Origin: an uncultured Candidatus Saccharibacteria bacterium
GTDB lineage: Bacteria > Patescibacteriota > Minisyncoccia > CAIUEV01 > JAHKAQ01
DNA length: 64,000 nucleotides
Reading direction: 5' to 3'
Assembly: GCA_964598205.1 (NCBI GenBank)
Contig: CAZRBB010000001.1
Location: 156,199-220,198 of the forward strand
The notes beneath the pieces are model-generated. The model had not been told where the DNA came from. It searched no databases and was given only the letters and a program-made list of their open reading frames with translations. This document shows positions 9,465 through 19,552 of the stretch, piece by piece. A program made the translations under genes and the position numbers. Each line of letters starts with the position of its first letter. Position 1 is the stretch's first letter.

Positions 9465-10874
9465 ATGCAAAAGAATTTTAAAGGAAAAAGAGTAACGATA
9501 ATGGGCCTGGGATTACAGGGAAGCGGAATAGCAGCGGTCAAGTTCTTTCACCGAGAAGGAGCCAAGATTACGGTCACCGATATCAAGACAAAAGAAAAAC
9601 TCAGTCCTTCTTTAGAAAAATTAAAGGATTTAAAAAATATTGAATATGTTTTAGGCCAGCACCGGCAGGAAGATTTTAGTCGTGCCGATTTAATAATTAA
9701 AGGTCCAGGCATTCCTTTTGATTCTAAATATCTAAAAATTGCCAGAAAAAATAAAGTTCCAATAGAAACAGAAGCCGGTGTTTTTTTTGATTTACTCTCC
9801 AATCCTTTAATTGGAATCACAGGGACTAGGGGGAAATCCACAACCTCGCAATTAATTTACGAAATTATAAAGCTTTCTGGTAGAAAAGTTTCCTTAGGAG
9901 GAAACATAAAAGATAAGCCCCTTTTAGCTCTTCTGGAGAATATTAAGAAAGATTCTTGGTTGGTAGCCGAACTTTCTAGTTTTCAATTAGAGAGTTTGGG
10001 TCCCAAAAGTCAAAGCCCTCACATTGCAGTCATGACCAATCTCTTGGAAGATCATTTAAATCGTTATGAAAACTTAGAAGCCTATCATGCCGCTAAAGAA
10101 GCAATTATTAGAAATCAAACAGAAGATGATTTTGCCGTTTTAAACTATAATGACAAGCGGGTACGAGTCTTGTCTGCTAAAACCAAAGCCCAAATTTGTT
10201 TTTTTTCACAGAACAGAATTACCGGTGGCCGCCGGGTTTTTGTTTCCGACCGTAAAATTTTTACAGCCAAAGGCCTAGAAGAAGAATTAGTTTTAGATTT
10301 AGACAGACTAAGTTTAATCGGTGGTCATCGAGTAGAAAGTGTTTTAGCGGCAGTAGCAGTTGCGGTGATTATGAAGATTGATTTTTCTGTTATAAAAAAA
10401 GCTGTTTACGGCTTTAAAGGGCTAGAGCACCGGTTAGAAGCAGTAAAAGAAGTGGCTGGTGTTCTTTATATTAACGACACAACAGCGACCACGCCTCAGG
10501 CGGCCGCTAAGGCGATCGCTTCTTTTGGGGAGCCAACTATTCTAATTGCCGGCGGTGCAGATAAAGGCTTGGATTTTAGCCCCCTGGTTGATTCAATAAT
10601 TGGCTCGTCCAATCTAAAAAAAATAATCTTGTTAAAAGGAGATGGAACTATACGATTAGAAAATATGTTTAAAAAAATGGCACCAGCTGATTTCCTCCTC
10701 TCATTATTTTTAAAAAGGGATTGTGATTCATTAGAAGAAGCTTTAATCCTGGCTCAAAAGGTTGCCGTGGCTGGAGATGTAGTGCTTCTTTCGCCGGGGT
10801 GCTCCAGTTTTGGAATGTTCGAAAATGAGTTTGCCCGAGGGGATATTTTTAAAGAGTTAGTTAATTCTTTTTAA
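9465..10874 (+). CDS. murD: UDP-N-acetylmuramoylalanine--D-glutamate ligase
   Basis: KRVTIMGLGLQGSGIAAVKFF Rossmann N-terminus and GITGTRGKSTT Mur-ligase P-loop. 469 aa. Confidence 0.9.
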   Translation: MQKNFKGKRVTIMGLGLQGSGIAAVKFFHREGAKITVTDIKTKEKLSPSLEKLKDLKNIEYVLGQHRQEDFSRADLIIKGPGIPFDSKYLKIARKNKVPIETEAGVFFDLLSNPLIGITGTRGKSTTSQLIYEIIKLSGRKVSLGGNIKDKPLLALLENIKKDSWLVAELSSFQLESLGPKSQSPHIAVMTNLLEDHLNRYENLEAYHAAKEAIIRNQTEDDFAVLNYNDKRVRVLSAKTKAQICFFSQNRITGGRRVFVSDRKIFTAKGLEEELVLDLDRLSLIGGHRVESVLAAVAVAVIMKIDFSVIKKAVYGFKGLEHRLEAVKEVAGVLYINDTTATTPQAAAKAIASFGEPTILIAGGADKGLDFSPLVDSIIGSSNLKKIILLKGDGTIRLENMFKKMAPADFLLSLFLKRDCDSLEEALILAQKVAVAGDVVLLSPGCSSFGMFENEFARGDIFKELVNSF

Positions 10875-10918
10875 TTTTATTTGGTTCTCTTTTAATAATT
10901 TTTCTCCAAAATAAGTTT

Positions 10919-12457
10919 ATGTTTTGGAGAAATTTTTTTATTATAGCCAACTCGGCTTTTTTAGTCGGTCTTCTGAGTTGTTTTTTAATTGGCGGGGAAT
11001 TAGGTTTAAAAAAAGAAACTCTTTTTCTTTGGGCTGTTCTTTTGGTTTTTGTTTTTCTTTTTTTTAAAAAAAGAAAAAAAGTAAGAGTCATTATTTTTTT
11101 CTTGTTCTTTTTTGTAGTAGGTTTTAGTCGCTTGTTTTGGGCGGAATCTTTTTTTAATCAAGGCGAATTACTGAATTTTAACAATCAGGAAGTTATTGGT
11201 TTTGGTTCCCTAGGAGAATGCCAAAGAAAAGCTCCAGGAATGGAAGAATGTTTTCTTTCTGATCTGGAAATAAACAAAATTGGTCAAAAAGAAAACATTG
11301 ACCTGGGGAGAAACAAACATTTATTGGTTCTTTTTTACAACAGAGAAAAAGAAATCGGCGAAGATGAATTTTTTAGAGTGGGTTTTCGTGGGCAGTTGGT
11401 GATTCCAGAGGATTTTGGTCGCTCTCTTTCTGGTGCCGAGCGAACCAGTTTATTCAAAAGACAAGCAGTAGGTATTCTAAAAAATCATCGTTTTGATTTT
11501 TTATATCCCGAAAAAAAAGAATTCAGCCTTAATCATTTCTTTTCAATCCTAAGAGAGAAGGTTTTTAATTCTTCTCGCCAATTTTGGGAAGATGATAATT
11601 TAGGATTGGCCTTGGCTTTTTTAACTGGAGACAAAAGCCAGCTTTCCTTGGAGCTTAAAAAAATAATTAATTGTCTAGGATTAGCTCATTTAATTGCAGT
11701 TTCGGGAATGCAATTTACATCTCTTGGCTTTCTGTTAGAAGCTGGGCTTTTTTTTCTTAATTTTCCTCACAAAGTGCGTTTCTACTTAATAATGGCTGTC
11801 CTTTTATTTTTTCTTCTTTTTATTGGTGCACCAGCCGCTGCCAGCCGTGCTTTTTTAATGGATTTTTTAAATAGATTGGCGGTGCGTTGTGGTAGAAAAA
11901 TTACTTTTTGGGCTTCTTTTCTGTTCTCTGCCAGCCTTCTCTTGTTATTTAATCCTTGGAGTCTATTTTATGATCTGGGATTTTTGTTTTCTTTTTTTGC
12001 TATTTGGGGTTTATATTTTTTTGGCGATTTTTTTAGAATCCAATCTTTACCAACGGCCTTACAAGAAAGTTTGGCTCTTAATTTGGCCGCTCAAACAGCG
12101 ACCGCCCCATTGGCTCTTTTCTATTTTCCTTACTTTTCTCCGTTGAGCGTGGTTGTTAATCTCCTGGTCGGTTGGTTGGCAATTCCCCTGATCGTTCTTT
12201 CTTTTGGCGCTCTTCTTTTAGCTCCTTTATTTCTCCCTTTAGCAGAACTGCTTTCTTCTTGTGCTACCTGTTTAGTTTTTTATTTTGTTTTGATTTTAGA
12301 AAAAATAAAATCAATTTCTTGGTCCTGTCTTTCCCTAGAAAATAACATGTTTTGGGCTGGAGTGTTTTTTGCGGTAGTAGCACTCCTAGCCTTTGGTTTA
12401 AAAATTTTTAATTTAAAAGAAAAAAATGAAAAAGATCGGTTTTTTAGTGTTGGCTAA
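10919..12457 (+). CDS. comEC: ComEC/Rec2 DNA-uptake channel, N-terminal and competence (TM) domains
   Basis: Polytopic membrane protein with GLAHLIAVSGMQFTSLGFLL competence-domain motif. Ends 32 nt after the next ORF begins. Confidence 0.7.
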   Translation: MFWRNFFIIANSAFLVGLLSCFLIGGELGLKKETLFLWAVLLVFVFLFFKKRKKVRVIIFFLFFFVVGFSRLFWAESFFNQGELLNFNNQEVIGFGSLGECQRKAPGMEECFLSDLEINKIGQKENIDLGRNKHLLVLFYNREKEIGEDEFFRVGFRGQLVIPEDFGRSLSGAERTSLFKRQAVGILKNHRFDFLYPEKKEFSLNHFFSILREKVFNSSRQFWEDDNLGLALAFLTGDKSQLSLELKKIINCLGLAHLIAVSGMQFTSLGFLLEAGLFFLNFPHKVRFYLIMAVLLFFLLFIGAPAAASRAFLMDFLNRLAVRCGRKITFWASFLFSASLLLLFNPWSLFYDLGFLFSFFAIWGLYFFGDFFRIQSLPTALQESLALNLAAQTATAPLALFYFPYFSPLSVVVNLLVGWLAIPLIVLSFGALLLAPLFLPLAELLSSCATCLVFYFVLILEKIKSISWSCLSLENNMFWAGVFFAVVALLAFGLKIFNLKEKNEKDRFFSVG

Positions 12458-13292
12458 TTTATTTTTAGCTTTTTATTCTTCTTATTATTTTTATTGGGGA
12501 AGCCATCTTAATGTTCTTCCAATAGAACCAACAATCACTGCGTTTAATATTGGCCAAGGCGATGCGCTTTTTGTTCCTATTCCCAAAACTTCTATTCAGA
12601 TATTAATAGATGGTGGTCCTCCCAACAAAAATCTAATCGAAAAAATAAAAAAGGAAATGCCAAGAGGGGATAAAACCATTGATTTAGTTTTTCTTACTCA
12701 TTGTCATGAAGATCATTTAGGAGGATTGGGAGAAGTTTTAGATAATTTTAAAGTTGGTCTTTGGGTAGAAACGGGGGCAGTCTGTGAAAATAATCTTTAT
12801 AAAGACTTGGAATCAAAAATTAATTCCCAAAAAATACCTCGTCTTTACTCGGCGCGTGGGCAAAAAATAAAAATTGGCAACTTCTTTTTGGCAGAAGTTG
12901 TACATCCTTTCTTTTCGGTTGGAGCAGAGTATAAAAACGAAAATGAAGCTTCGCTGTCCCTGCTTTTGGATTACGCCGGGAAAGTGGTTTTTTTGTCGGG
13001 TGATTTAGAAAACAAAGGCGAACAAGTACTTTTAAACTATTTAGAAAGCAAACCAGAAATCAAAGAAAAATTAAAAAATACTTCCATGCTAAAAGCTAAT
13101 CACCATGGAAGTAGCGGTTCTAACTCCAAAGAATTTTTTTCTTTATTTCCTAGTGGAACTAACATTCTAATTTCTTCTGGAAAGGAAAATAAATTTGGTC
13201 ACCCCGGAGAAGAGGCGATTAAAAGAATGAAAGACAAAGAGTTTAAAATTAAGCGTACAGACCAAGACGGAGAAATAACCTTACTTTTTTAG
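12426..13292 (+). CDS. ComEC C-terminal metallo-beta-lactamase domain, encoded as a separate overlapping ORF
   Basis: N-terminal TM helix, then FNIGQGDALFV ... THCHEDHLGGL ... ANHHGS MBL motifs. Confidence 0.75.
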   Translation: MKKIGFLVLANLFLAFYSSYYFYWGSHLNVLPIEPTITAFNIGQGDALFVPIPKTSIQILIDGGPPNKNLIEKIKKEMPRGDKTIDLVFLTHCHEDHLGGLGEVLDNFKVGLWVETGAVCENNLYKDLESKINSQKIPRLYSARGQKIKIGNFFLAEVVHPFFSVGAEYKNENEASLSLLLDYAGKVVFLSGDLENKGEQVLLNYLESKPEIKEKLKNTSMLKANHHGSSGSNSKEFFSLFPSGTNILISSGKENKFGHPGEEAIKRMKDKEFKIKRTDQDGEITLLF

Positions 13293-13300
13293 TAAAAAAT

Positions 13301-13567
13301 TTAATGAAAAAGTTTCCCCCAAAAAGAACCACCACCGCTAGAGCGGTCGATTCTCTTTAATTCGCTGGAATTCATCTGTAAAAGATCTCTAGAAGAAACA
13401 GGTTTTTGATCTTCTTGCTGAACTTTTTTTTCATAACTAGAATATTCTCTAGCTGCTTCTCTGGCTTTGCTATTTATTTCTCCCAAGGACATTCTTTGTT
13501 CGGGATCCAAGTTCCGATTTTCTTGACTAAATTTTCTTCTAAAATCTGATTCTGCTCCAGAAGCCAT
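13301..13567 (-). CDS. Hypothetical small charged protein
   Basis: 88-aa ORF. No recognisable motif. Confidence 0.3.
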   Translation of the reverse strand: MASGAESDFRRKFSQENRNLDPEQRMSLGEINSKAREAAREYSSYEKKVQQEDQKPVSSRDLLQMNSSELKRIDRSSGGGSFWGKLFH

Positions 13568-13654
13568 TTTTTTATTTTAATAATAAATTAAGTAACCGTA
13601 ATTATATTATATTTTTAGGTTTTTAAAAACGCTGGTCAAAGGTTACAAGCTGGT

Positions 13655-15025
13655 TTACTTCTTTTGATTCAAGGCTTCCTTAAAAATAGTAACTACTTCC
13701 CTAAATCCTTCCTTGTCTTCACTGCCAGCGGCAATTCGGAATAATTTTTCTCCCAATGGTAAGATCCAAGTTTCCGGATGACCAAAGCTTCCGCCAATTT
13801 TAATTTTTCCTTGACCTTTTTCATAGACTCTCCGGACCAATTCTTCGCTAGTCATTTCTTTTAGCTCAGCATAAAATAAAGACACAATTCCTTGAGGAGA
13901 AAATTTATCTGCCAATTCCTTATCGGGATGACCAGGGAGGTTGGGATGGTAGACTCCTTCCATTTGCTCTGATGCAACTAGTTCTGTTGCCAATACTAGA
14001 GCGTTCTCGGCGTGGCGAGTCATTTTTTCTTTCATTTGCGCCAAAGAAGATTCAGGGACTTTTTTAAGACTAGAAGGTTGTAGGTAAGCACCAATCAGCG
14101 TTCTTGTTTTTCTTATCGCTTCTATTTTTTTAGGGTTATTAGAATAAGCAACTCCTAGGGTAACTTTGTCTTCTCCTTGTTGGTAATGCTTGGTTCCGCT
14201 TTCCACAACTACAACATCTGTGGCGGAATCCTGAGGGATATTTTTAAATATATTTAAAAGTTCAGGAGAGGGGAGAGTGTTGTCTATAATTAAGCTTAGC
14301 TTTTTTCGCGCGGCGCCGTTGATATACCCAACAATATCGACTAGGTCACCAATAATTTCTTTTCGGTCCAAACTGGATCCTTTCTTCATTTCTCTAACCG
14401 CCTCCCTAAAGCAGAAATAATTATTTGTTTTATTAAAGGTGGTAATGGAACTTAAAATTTCTTGTTTTGCTTCTTCATCTAAACTTGAATATCTTTCCCT
14501 AAATCTAGTAGCAATTCTTTTGTCTAAAAGTTTTGCCGGGGTTCTTTCCTGGTATTGTTCGTTGATTTGGTCAGTGAATTTAATAACCGATTCTATGTCT
14601 GTCACTCTCATTTCTGGACTGTTTGCCACGCTTTCAAAAAAAATAGAACGGGGAGAATTTTGTTGGGCCAATTCTTCTAAAGCCTTGGTATTTCCAGGTT
14701 TAAAAGTAACAACCTTTATTCCTCTTTTTTTTAAATCCAAAAACAAGTCACCTGTGCAATCGTAAACACCAGTACTTACCAAGATTGTTTCTCCGGGTCT
14801 TAATCCTTCAGCTTCCGTGGCGGTGTGAATTGCGGCCATCCCAGAGTTGGTAACTGCTACTTCTGGTACGCCTATTTTTTCGGCTAGCTGACCTTCCCAG
14901 GCTCGTTCTTCTTGGTAGCCGTATCTAGCATAAGCATCGGTTTCGCGGAGTTTGCCGGCCATAAAAAGAGCTCCCTGATCCTTGATTGATTCCGGAGTGT
15001 GCGGGGTAGTTATTTTTTCGTACAT
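13655..15025 (-). CDS. PLP-dependent enzyme of the Cys/Met-metabolism family (cystathionine gamma-synthase / O-acetylhomoserine sulfhydrylase-like) with a ~100-aa insertion
   Basis: VTNSGMAAIH..., ESVANSPEMRVTDI and VVVVESGTKHY (putative PLP-lysine) motifs. 456 aa is longer than typical family members. Confidence 0.55.
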   Translation of the reverse strand: MYEKITTPHTPESIKDQGALFMAGKLRETDAYARYGYQEERAWEGQLAEKIGVPEVAVTNSGMAAIHTATEAEGLRPGETILVSTGVYDCTGDLFLDLKKRGIKVVTFKPGNTKALEELAQQNSPRSIFFESVANSPEMRVTDIESVIKFTDQINEQYQERTPAKLLDKRIATRFRERYSSLDEEAKQEILSSITTFNKTNNYFCFREAVREMKKGSSLDRKEIIGDLVDIVGYINGAARKKLSLIIDNTLPSPELLNIFKNIPQDSATDVVVVESGTKHYQQGEDKVTLGVAYSNNPKKIEAIRKTRTLIGAYLQPSSLKKVPESSLAQMKEKMTRHAENALVLATELVASEQMEGVYHPNLPGHPDKELADKFSPQGIVSLFYAELKEMTSEELVRRVYEKGQGKIKIGGSFGHPETWILPLGEKLFRIAAGSEDKEGFREVVTIFKEALNQKK

Positions 15026-15070
15026 AAAAAAAGTCTATTTATTTTTAATTTTTAAAAACGATTCTTGTAG

Positions 15071-15307
15071 TTATTCTACGCTAAACACCTTGTTCCGAGA
15101 AGTAGCACCAGCCAAAATACTGATTCTTCCAGGAGCAATTCCTAAGTGATTGGCCAAAAGGGTAATTGCTTTTTGATTAGCCTTGCCTTTTTCTGGTGGT
15201 ATCGAGACTCGGATTTCGTAATGGCCAGGGGTAATTTCTTTAATAGAATTTTCTTTGGCTTTGATTTTTATTTTGGCAAAAATTTGCATATTAAAAAATT
15301 GAATCAA
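15071..15307 (-). CDS. DUF167 / YggU (UPF0235) family protein
   Basis: IRVSIPPEKGKANQKAITLLANHLGIAPGRISILAGATSRNKVF matches the YggU consensus pattern. Confidence 0.65.
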   Translation of the reverse strand: MIQFFNMQIFAKIKIKAKENSIKEITPGHYEIRVSIPPEKGKANQKAITLLANHLGIAPGRISILAGATSRNKVFSVE

Positions 15308-15369
15308 TTGTGTTAATTTCTTGGCAATAAATTTATTTTAAAATTCCGTAATTACAAAAATAATCTTAA

Positions 15370-15407
15370 TTTAGACGAGCGAAATTGGGAAATAACGCTC
15401 GTCTAAA
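15370..15407 (-). terminator. Rho-independent terminator-like hairpin downstream of the kinase-like gene
   Basis: 11-bp perfect inverted repeat ttagacgagcg/cgctcgtctaa with a T-rich tract after it on the minus strand. Confidence 0.5.
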
Positions 15408-15417
15408 TATAAGCCAG

Positions 15418-16029
15418 TCACGGCCTACCTTTTTGGTAAGTCGCTCTAAATCTTTCCAGTCGCCGGCAGAATTTTTTCTGCTGCTCTTTTTGGCTAAAAA
15501 GTAACGGCTGAAAGGGGTAGGTGGAACGGCCCATCCGCTTTACATCGGTCAGGACTGGTCGCCACTCTTGAGGGGAAATTTTGCGAACTAGAATATTGTT
15601 CCCCCGATAAAAAACATCCAGTAAAAACAATTGCCGCACCAAAAGGATCTCCACGATTTTATTAACATGGATCCAAAAAGCAACATTAGAGACACTGCCC
15701 ATTTCTCCTACTGTCTGAGAATAGGCACCGTCATAATCGCGTGGTCGCTCCATTATTAATAAATCTTCTTTCATCTGGAGATTTCTAGGAAAATAATCAT
15801 GAAGCTCTTTAGGTAGGCTTTTAAAAATCTTGTATTCCCATTGGTTGAAATCGCAAATTCCAAATTTTAACCGAGTATAGAGAGTTGATGAAAAGTAAAT
15901 GTTAATCTTTCCCCAATAACTCTTAGTTATTTTTTTCTTAAGACTTTTAGCACAGAGATTAGTATTTAATACTTCCCAGCATTCTCTGTAGCCGCCCTCG
16001 CCAATTTTTTCCCCAATATTTAAAGCCAT
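15418..16029 (-). CDS. Atypical protein-kinase-like fold protein (YrbL/PhoP-network-like)
   Basis: Gly-rich loop IGEGGYRECW, a following AK Lys, a D-x4-N catalytic-loop-like DVFYRGNN and a TDVK motif. Confidence 0.35.
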   Translation of the reverse strand: MALNIGEKIGEGGYRECWEVLNTNLCAKSLKKKITKSYWGKINIYFSSTLYTRLKFGICDFNQWEYKIFKSLPKELHDYFPRNLQMKEDLLIMERPRDYDGAYSQTVGEMGSVSNVAFWIHVNKIVEILLVRQLFLLDVFYRGNNILVRKISPQEWRPVLTDVKRMGRSTYPFQPLLFSQKEQQKKFCRRLERFRATYQKGRP

Positions 16030-16213
16030 TTTACCTTCCTCCGATTTAAGTAGACTTGGCTGTTTTGTTGTAAAATGATAAGGAGCTAGCGAACGGGTAA
16101 TTCTAATCCAGCTATAAAAAAAAGAGAAGAGGAGATTCTTAAATATTCAGATTAGATCACGCTTTTAATGTTATAATCGATCAAATAAGGTTCGCTAATT
16201 TGGTCTAAAAAAA

Positions 16214-16528
16214 ATGGATAACAAATTAAAAATTTCCGATTTTCAAAAAATGGTTTACGCAGCTACTCAAAAAATTCCCAAAGGAAAAGTGGCAACTTAT
16301 GGCTGGGTGGCGCGGGCTATCGGATTTCCGAACGCAACGCGTGCGATCGGAAACGCCTTAAACAAAAATCCTTTTGCGCCCCGAGTGCCTTGCCATCGGG
16401 TAATAAAAAGTAATGGATCGGTCGGTGGTTTTGCCGATGGCACCAGAAAGAAAATCGAATTACTAAAGAAAGAGGGGATAGTGATTAAAGACGGAAGGGT
16501 ATCTAACGGGAAATATTTTTTAATGTAA
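16214..16528 (+). CDS. Methylated-DNA--protein-cysteine methyltransferase DNA-binding/active-site domain protein (MGMT/Ogt family, stand-alone C-terminal domain)
   Basis: VPCHRVIKSNGSVGGFADG contains the PCHR active-site Cys motif. Only ~104 aa, as in YbaZ-like short forms. Confidence 0.8.
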   Translation: MDNKLKISDFQKMVYAATQKIPKGKVATYGWVARAIGFPNATRAIGNALNKNPFAPRVPCHRVIKSNGSVGGFADGTRKKIELLKKEGIVIKDGRVSNGKYFLM

Positions 16529-16603
16529 TAAATTATTAAGTAATGTTTTTCTTGCTAGGGTTTTAAAATGGATAAACCAACAGACAAATCTTTTCCTCTT
16601 CTC

Positions 16604-17221
16604 TTATTTCTTTCCAATCTTAAATCTTGGCTTTCTTAAAACAAAAAATAAACTAACCGCCGAAAGCGCCCCCAAGGTGTCGGCTAGCATGTCTTTTTGA
16701 GCGTCCCAAATATCACCCTGACTGCCTAGATAGGCAATTCCTGCTTCTGGATTAGCCACTGCCGCGTAAATCCATTCAATTAATTCATAGGTCATAGCAA
16801 CGGTAGCAATTACAAAAACCGGATAAGTAAAAAGCAAAAAACGATTGCCAACTAATCTTCCTCGCCAAATCCATTCAGCAATTAAGAAAGCATAAAAACC
16901 CACAGAAAAATGGGCCAGTCGGTCAAAATGATTCCGGCTAAAACCAAAAAAATCAGTTATCCAGCTAAAGGGCACCAAGGCAAAGGTATAATGACCGCCA
17001 ATGGTATGGAGATAAATTAAAACGCTCGCCAAAATATAAGCCGTGTTAGAAAATCTAATTCCTTTTAAATAAAAACCAATAATCACTGCCAATATAATCC
17101 AAACAGTCAGGTTTTCTACAAACCAAGTTGGTCGATCAATGGGATTAAAAGCTAAAATAGTAAACAAAAACAAATAGCCAAGGAGCAAATAAATTGGCAA
17201 CTTTTCTTTTGGTTTTTCCAT
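16604..17221 (-). CDS. Integral membrane protein, possibly YjdF/DUF2238 family
   Basis: 5-6 TM helices. Assignment by weak pattern resemblance only. Confidence 0.4.
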   Translation of the reverse strand: MEKPKEKLPIYLLLGYLFLFTILAFNPIDRPTWFVENLTVWIILAVIIGFYLKGIRFSNTAYILASVLIYLHTIGGHYTFALVPFSWITDFFGFSRNHFDRLAHFSVGFYAFLIAEWIWRGRLVGNRFLLFTYPVFVIATVAMTYELIEWIYAAVANPEAGIAYLGSQGDIWDAQKDMLADTLGALSAVSLFFVLRKPRFKIGKK

Positions 17222-17263
17222 TTGGTTTTTTATTATTTAGGCGAATTGATTATTTCAATAAAT

Positions 17264-17845
17264 TTATTTCCCAATATAAACTTCAATTTCTGATTTTATT
17301 TTTAGAAATAACTTAACATGTCCTTGGGTATTGGGGTGTAGTCCGTCATCCAAGTCTTCATCTCCTAAAAGACTATTTACGGAAATGAATTTTAATTTTT
17401 TTTCTAAGCAGAAAATTTCAATGATTTGTTCTAACCGTTTTATATTTTTATTGAAATAACTTTTATCTGGGCTCCAAGGAATCGGCTTTGTCTTTGATTC
17501 ATTGACCATGGTTGGTCCTACAAAAATTATTTTGGGAGTAAATTTTTTAGCGACCGTGTAAATTCTTTTTAAGTTTTTCTTAAAATCATCGTCCGAAATT
17601 CTATTACTGTTGGTTGAATGAATAAATTGGGCGTCGTTTATTCCAATTGCCAAAACAATAATTTCTGGTTCTCTAGCCCTGGCTTCAACTTCTAGGTGGT
17701 CGAGTAATCCAACGGTATCGTCACCAGGAATTCCCAAGTTGTAAATTTCAGAATCCCTATCTTTTTCTTCAAAATAATTTCGCAGACGGTTAGCCCAGCC
17801 ACCGACTCCGGGATCATAAAATCCCCAAGCAATGCTGTCGCCCAA
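17264..17845 (-). CDS. SGNH/GDSL hydrolase family protein
   Basis: Block I MGDSIAWGF (catalytic Ser), GINDAQF, and DGLHPNTQGH (catalytic His block). Confidence 0.8.
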   Translation of the reverse strand: MGDSIAWGFYDPGVGGWANRLRNYFEEKDRDSEIYNLGIPGDDTVGLLDHLEVEARAREPEIIVLAIGINDAQFIHSTNSNRISDDDFKKNLKRIYTVAKKFTPKIIFVGPTMVNESKTKPIPWSPDKSYFNKNIKRLEQIIEIFCLEKKLKFISVNSLLGDEDLDDGLHPNTQGHVKLFLKIKSEIEVYIGK

Positions 17846-17886
17846 AAATACAGATATTCATCAGTTTAAAATTATTATCTCTAACC

Positions 17887-18453
17887 TTACTTCATTGTGA
17901 AAAATTTAAAAAGAATATGGTGCCGTTTTTGAATCATCTTTTTGGCAAAATCAAAAAATATTTTTTTATTATAATCTCTGTCTAATTTCTCTAATGCCCA
18001 CTTTCTAAAGCTCCCCAAGTCTTGATCTCTGGTAATAAGAATATGCAGATAAAAGTCATTGATGTAATGAGACATTGCGTCTGCCGAGGCAAGAATTTTT
18101 CCTTCTATGATTTTCGGAACCAAATGATTATCTTCGCAAGTATGGGTTAGAATTATTTCTTTAACGTGCTCTATTGTTTTTTCTGAATATCCAAATTGCT
18201 TCATTACTTTTTCTGCTTCCATGGCTCCCACTTTTGCATGATCACCTTTCAATCCCCTTATTCTTTGTAAATCGTGCAACCAAACACCAAGCAAAACAAT
18301 CTCTCCATTAGCCTTAGGTAATTTTTTTAAAATTTCTTTTGCAAACTTCTCAACACCCAATAGATGAACGCTATAAAACCATTTCCTAACAAATCCCAAA
18401 TTAAGACATTCGTCTTTTACTAGGCTTTTTATTTGGTTTATTTTATTGTTCAT
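17887..18453 (-). CDS. HD-domain phosphohydrolase
   Basis: GVWLHDLQR contains the H...HD metal-binding signature. 188 aa. Confidence 0.65.
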   Translation of the reverse strand: MNNKINQIKSLVKDECLNLGFVRKWFYSVHLLGVEKFAKEILKKLPKANGEIVLLGVWLHDLQRIRGLKGDHAKVGAMEAEKVMKQFGYSEKTIEHVKEIILTHTCEDNHLVPKIIEGKILASADAMSHYINDFYLHILITRDQDLGSFRKWALEKLDRDYNKKIFFDFAKKMIQKRHHILFKFFTMK

Positions 18454-18458
18454 GGTTT

Positions 18459-19298
18459 TTAACGCAAATATTCTTTATTCCTTAATTTTGGAAAAAAACT
18501 ATTACCAGTCACCACTTTCTTGCCGGTTTTTTCTTCCAGTTCTAGCCGTGCATTTTTAGCTATCTGTCCGCCTCTTTTTGCTGGAACCTTGTTTTCTTTT
18601 AATCCCTTAGCCTTTATTGTTTCTGCTATTTGCCGTGTAGATAATTCAGCGAGAGCGGTAAATACCAGCTCTGCATCCGTTAAATGATCACGCAAATTTC
18701 CCCGTTTTATGTTTTTCAGGGCTTTGTGCTTCTTAATTGTTAAATCGCTCCACTCCTGATGGATAATATTTGTCAAAATAGCGTACTCGTCTTTTTCTTT
18801 GACTTTATTACTTTTCCAATAATCAGTTAACTTATTTCTGATTTCCTGACCCATCATTCGTTGCTGGATCCATTTTTGACTTCGGCCCATCTTTTGCCAA
18901 TAATTGCGCGAACGATTCAGTGCTTTTTCTGGATTGGATATTTCTTGGATTCTTTCATAGCCAACCCTAGCCAACCAAATTTTAATTGGTTCCGCTTTTG
19001 AACTTGGTACGGATTGAATAAGGCGCAATAAATGCTCTGGGCTTCCGGCTAGAATTTTTCTTTTTTTACCATTTTCCCCGATCATTTCTACCTGGGGACA
19101 ATTTGTCCCTAGGTAATTGGCGAGTAGATGATCTCTTTTCCTTAATTTTTTTAAATAATCCGTTGGATTGACGCTGTTAGTAAGCACTTTAATAACATCC
19201 ACAACTGAAAAATACCATTTTTCTTGTTTTTCATTCCAAGCTCGGCGGATTTTTTTACCTTCAAAAATAGCTAATTTTTTTTTATCTTTTTTCATCAC
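18459..19298 (-). CDS. Bro-N domain protein (phage antirepressor-like)
   Basis: N-terminal FEGKKIRRAWNEKQEKWYFSVVDVIKVLTNSVNPTDY fits the Bro-N pattern. Adjacent to tRNA-Ser. Confidence 0.55.
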   Translation of the reverse strand: MMKKDKKKLAIFEGKKIRRAWNEKQEKWYFSVVDVIKVLTNSVNPTDYLKKLRKRDHLLANYLGTNCPQVEMIGENGKKRKILAGSPEHLLRLIQSVPSSKAEPIKIWLARVGYERIQEISNPEKALNRSRNYWQKMGRSQKWIQQRMMGQEIRNKLTDYWKSNKVKEKDEYAILTNIIHQEWSDLTIKKHKALKNIKRGNLRDHLTDAELVFTALAELSTRQIAETIKAKGLKENKVPAKRGGQIAKNARLELEEKTGKKVVTGNSFFPKLRNKEYLR

Positions 19299-19371
19299 GA
19301 TTCAAAATTTAAAACTCTTAAAATCCTATCACACAAATAATAAAAAAGTTTTAAATAAAAAAAGTAAAACT

Positions 19372-19461
19372 TGGCGGAGAGGCAGGGATTTGAACCCTGG
19401 GTACTCTTGCGAGTACACTTGATTTCGAGTCAAGCCCATTCGACCACTCTGGCACCTCTCC
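19372..19461 (-). tRNA. tRNA-Ser (anticodon CGA), long variable arm, CCA encoded
   Basis: Reverse complement folds as GGAGAGG acceptor, anticodon stem-loop CTTGA-CTCGAAA-TCAAG, long variable arm GTACTCGCAAGAGTAC, T-arm CCAGGGTTCAAATCCCTG, and ends CCA. Confidence 0.85.
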
Positions 19462-19552
19462 AAGAAATATTCAACAGATTTAATCTAGCACTATAAAAAT
19501 TAATCGATAAGCATTTAAGAGGAATATCTCGTGTTTTTTAAAGCCAATGTTT

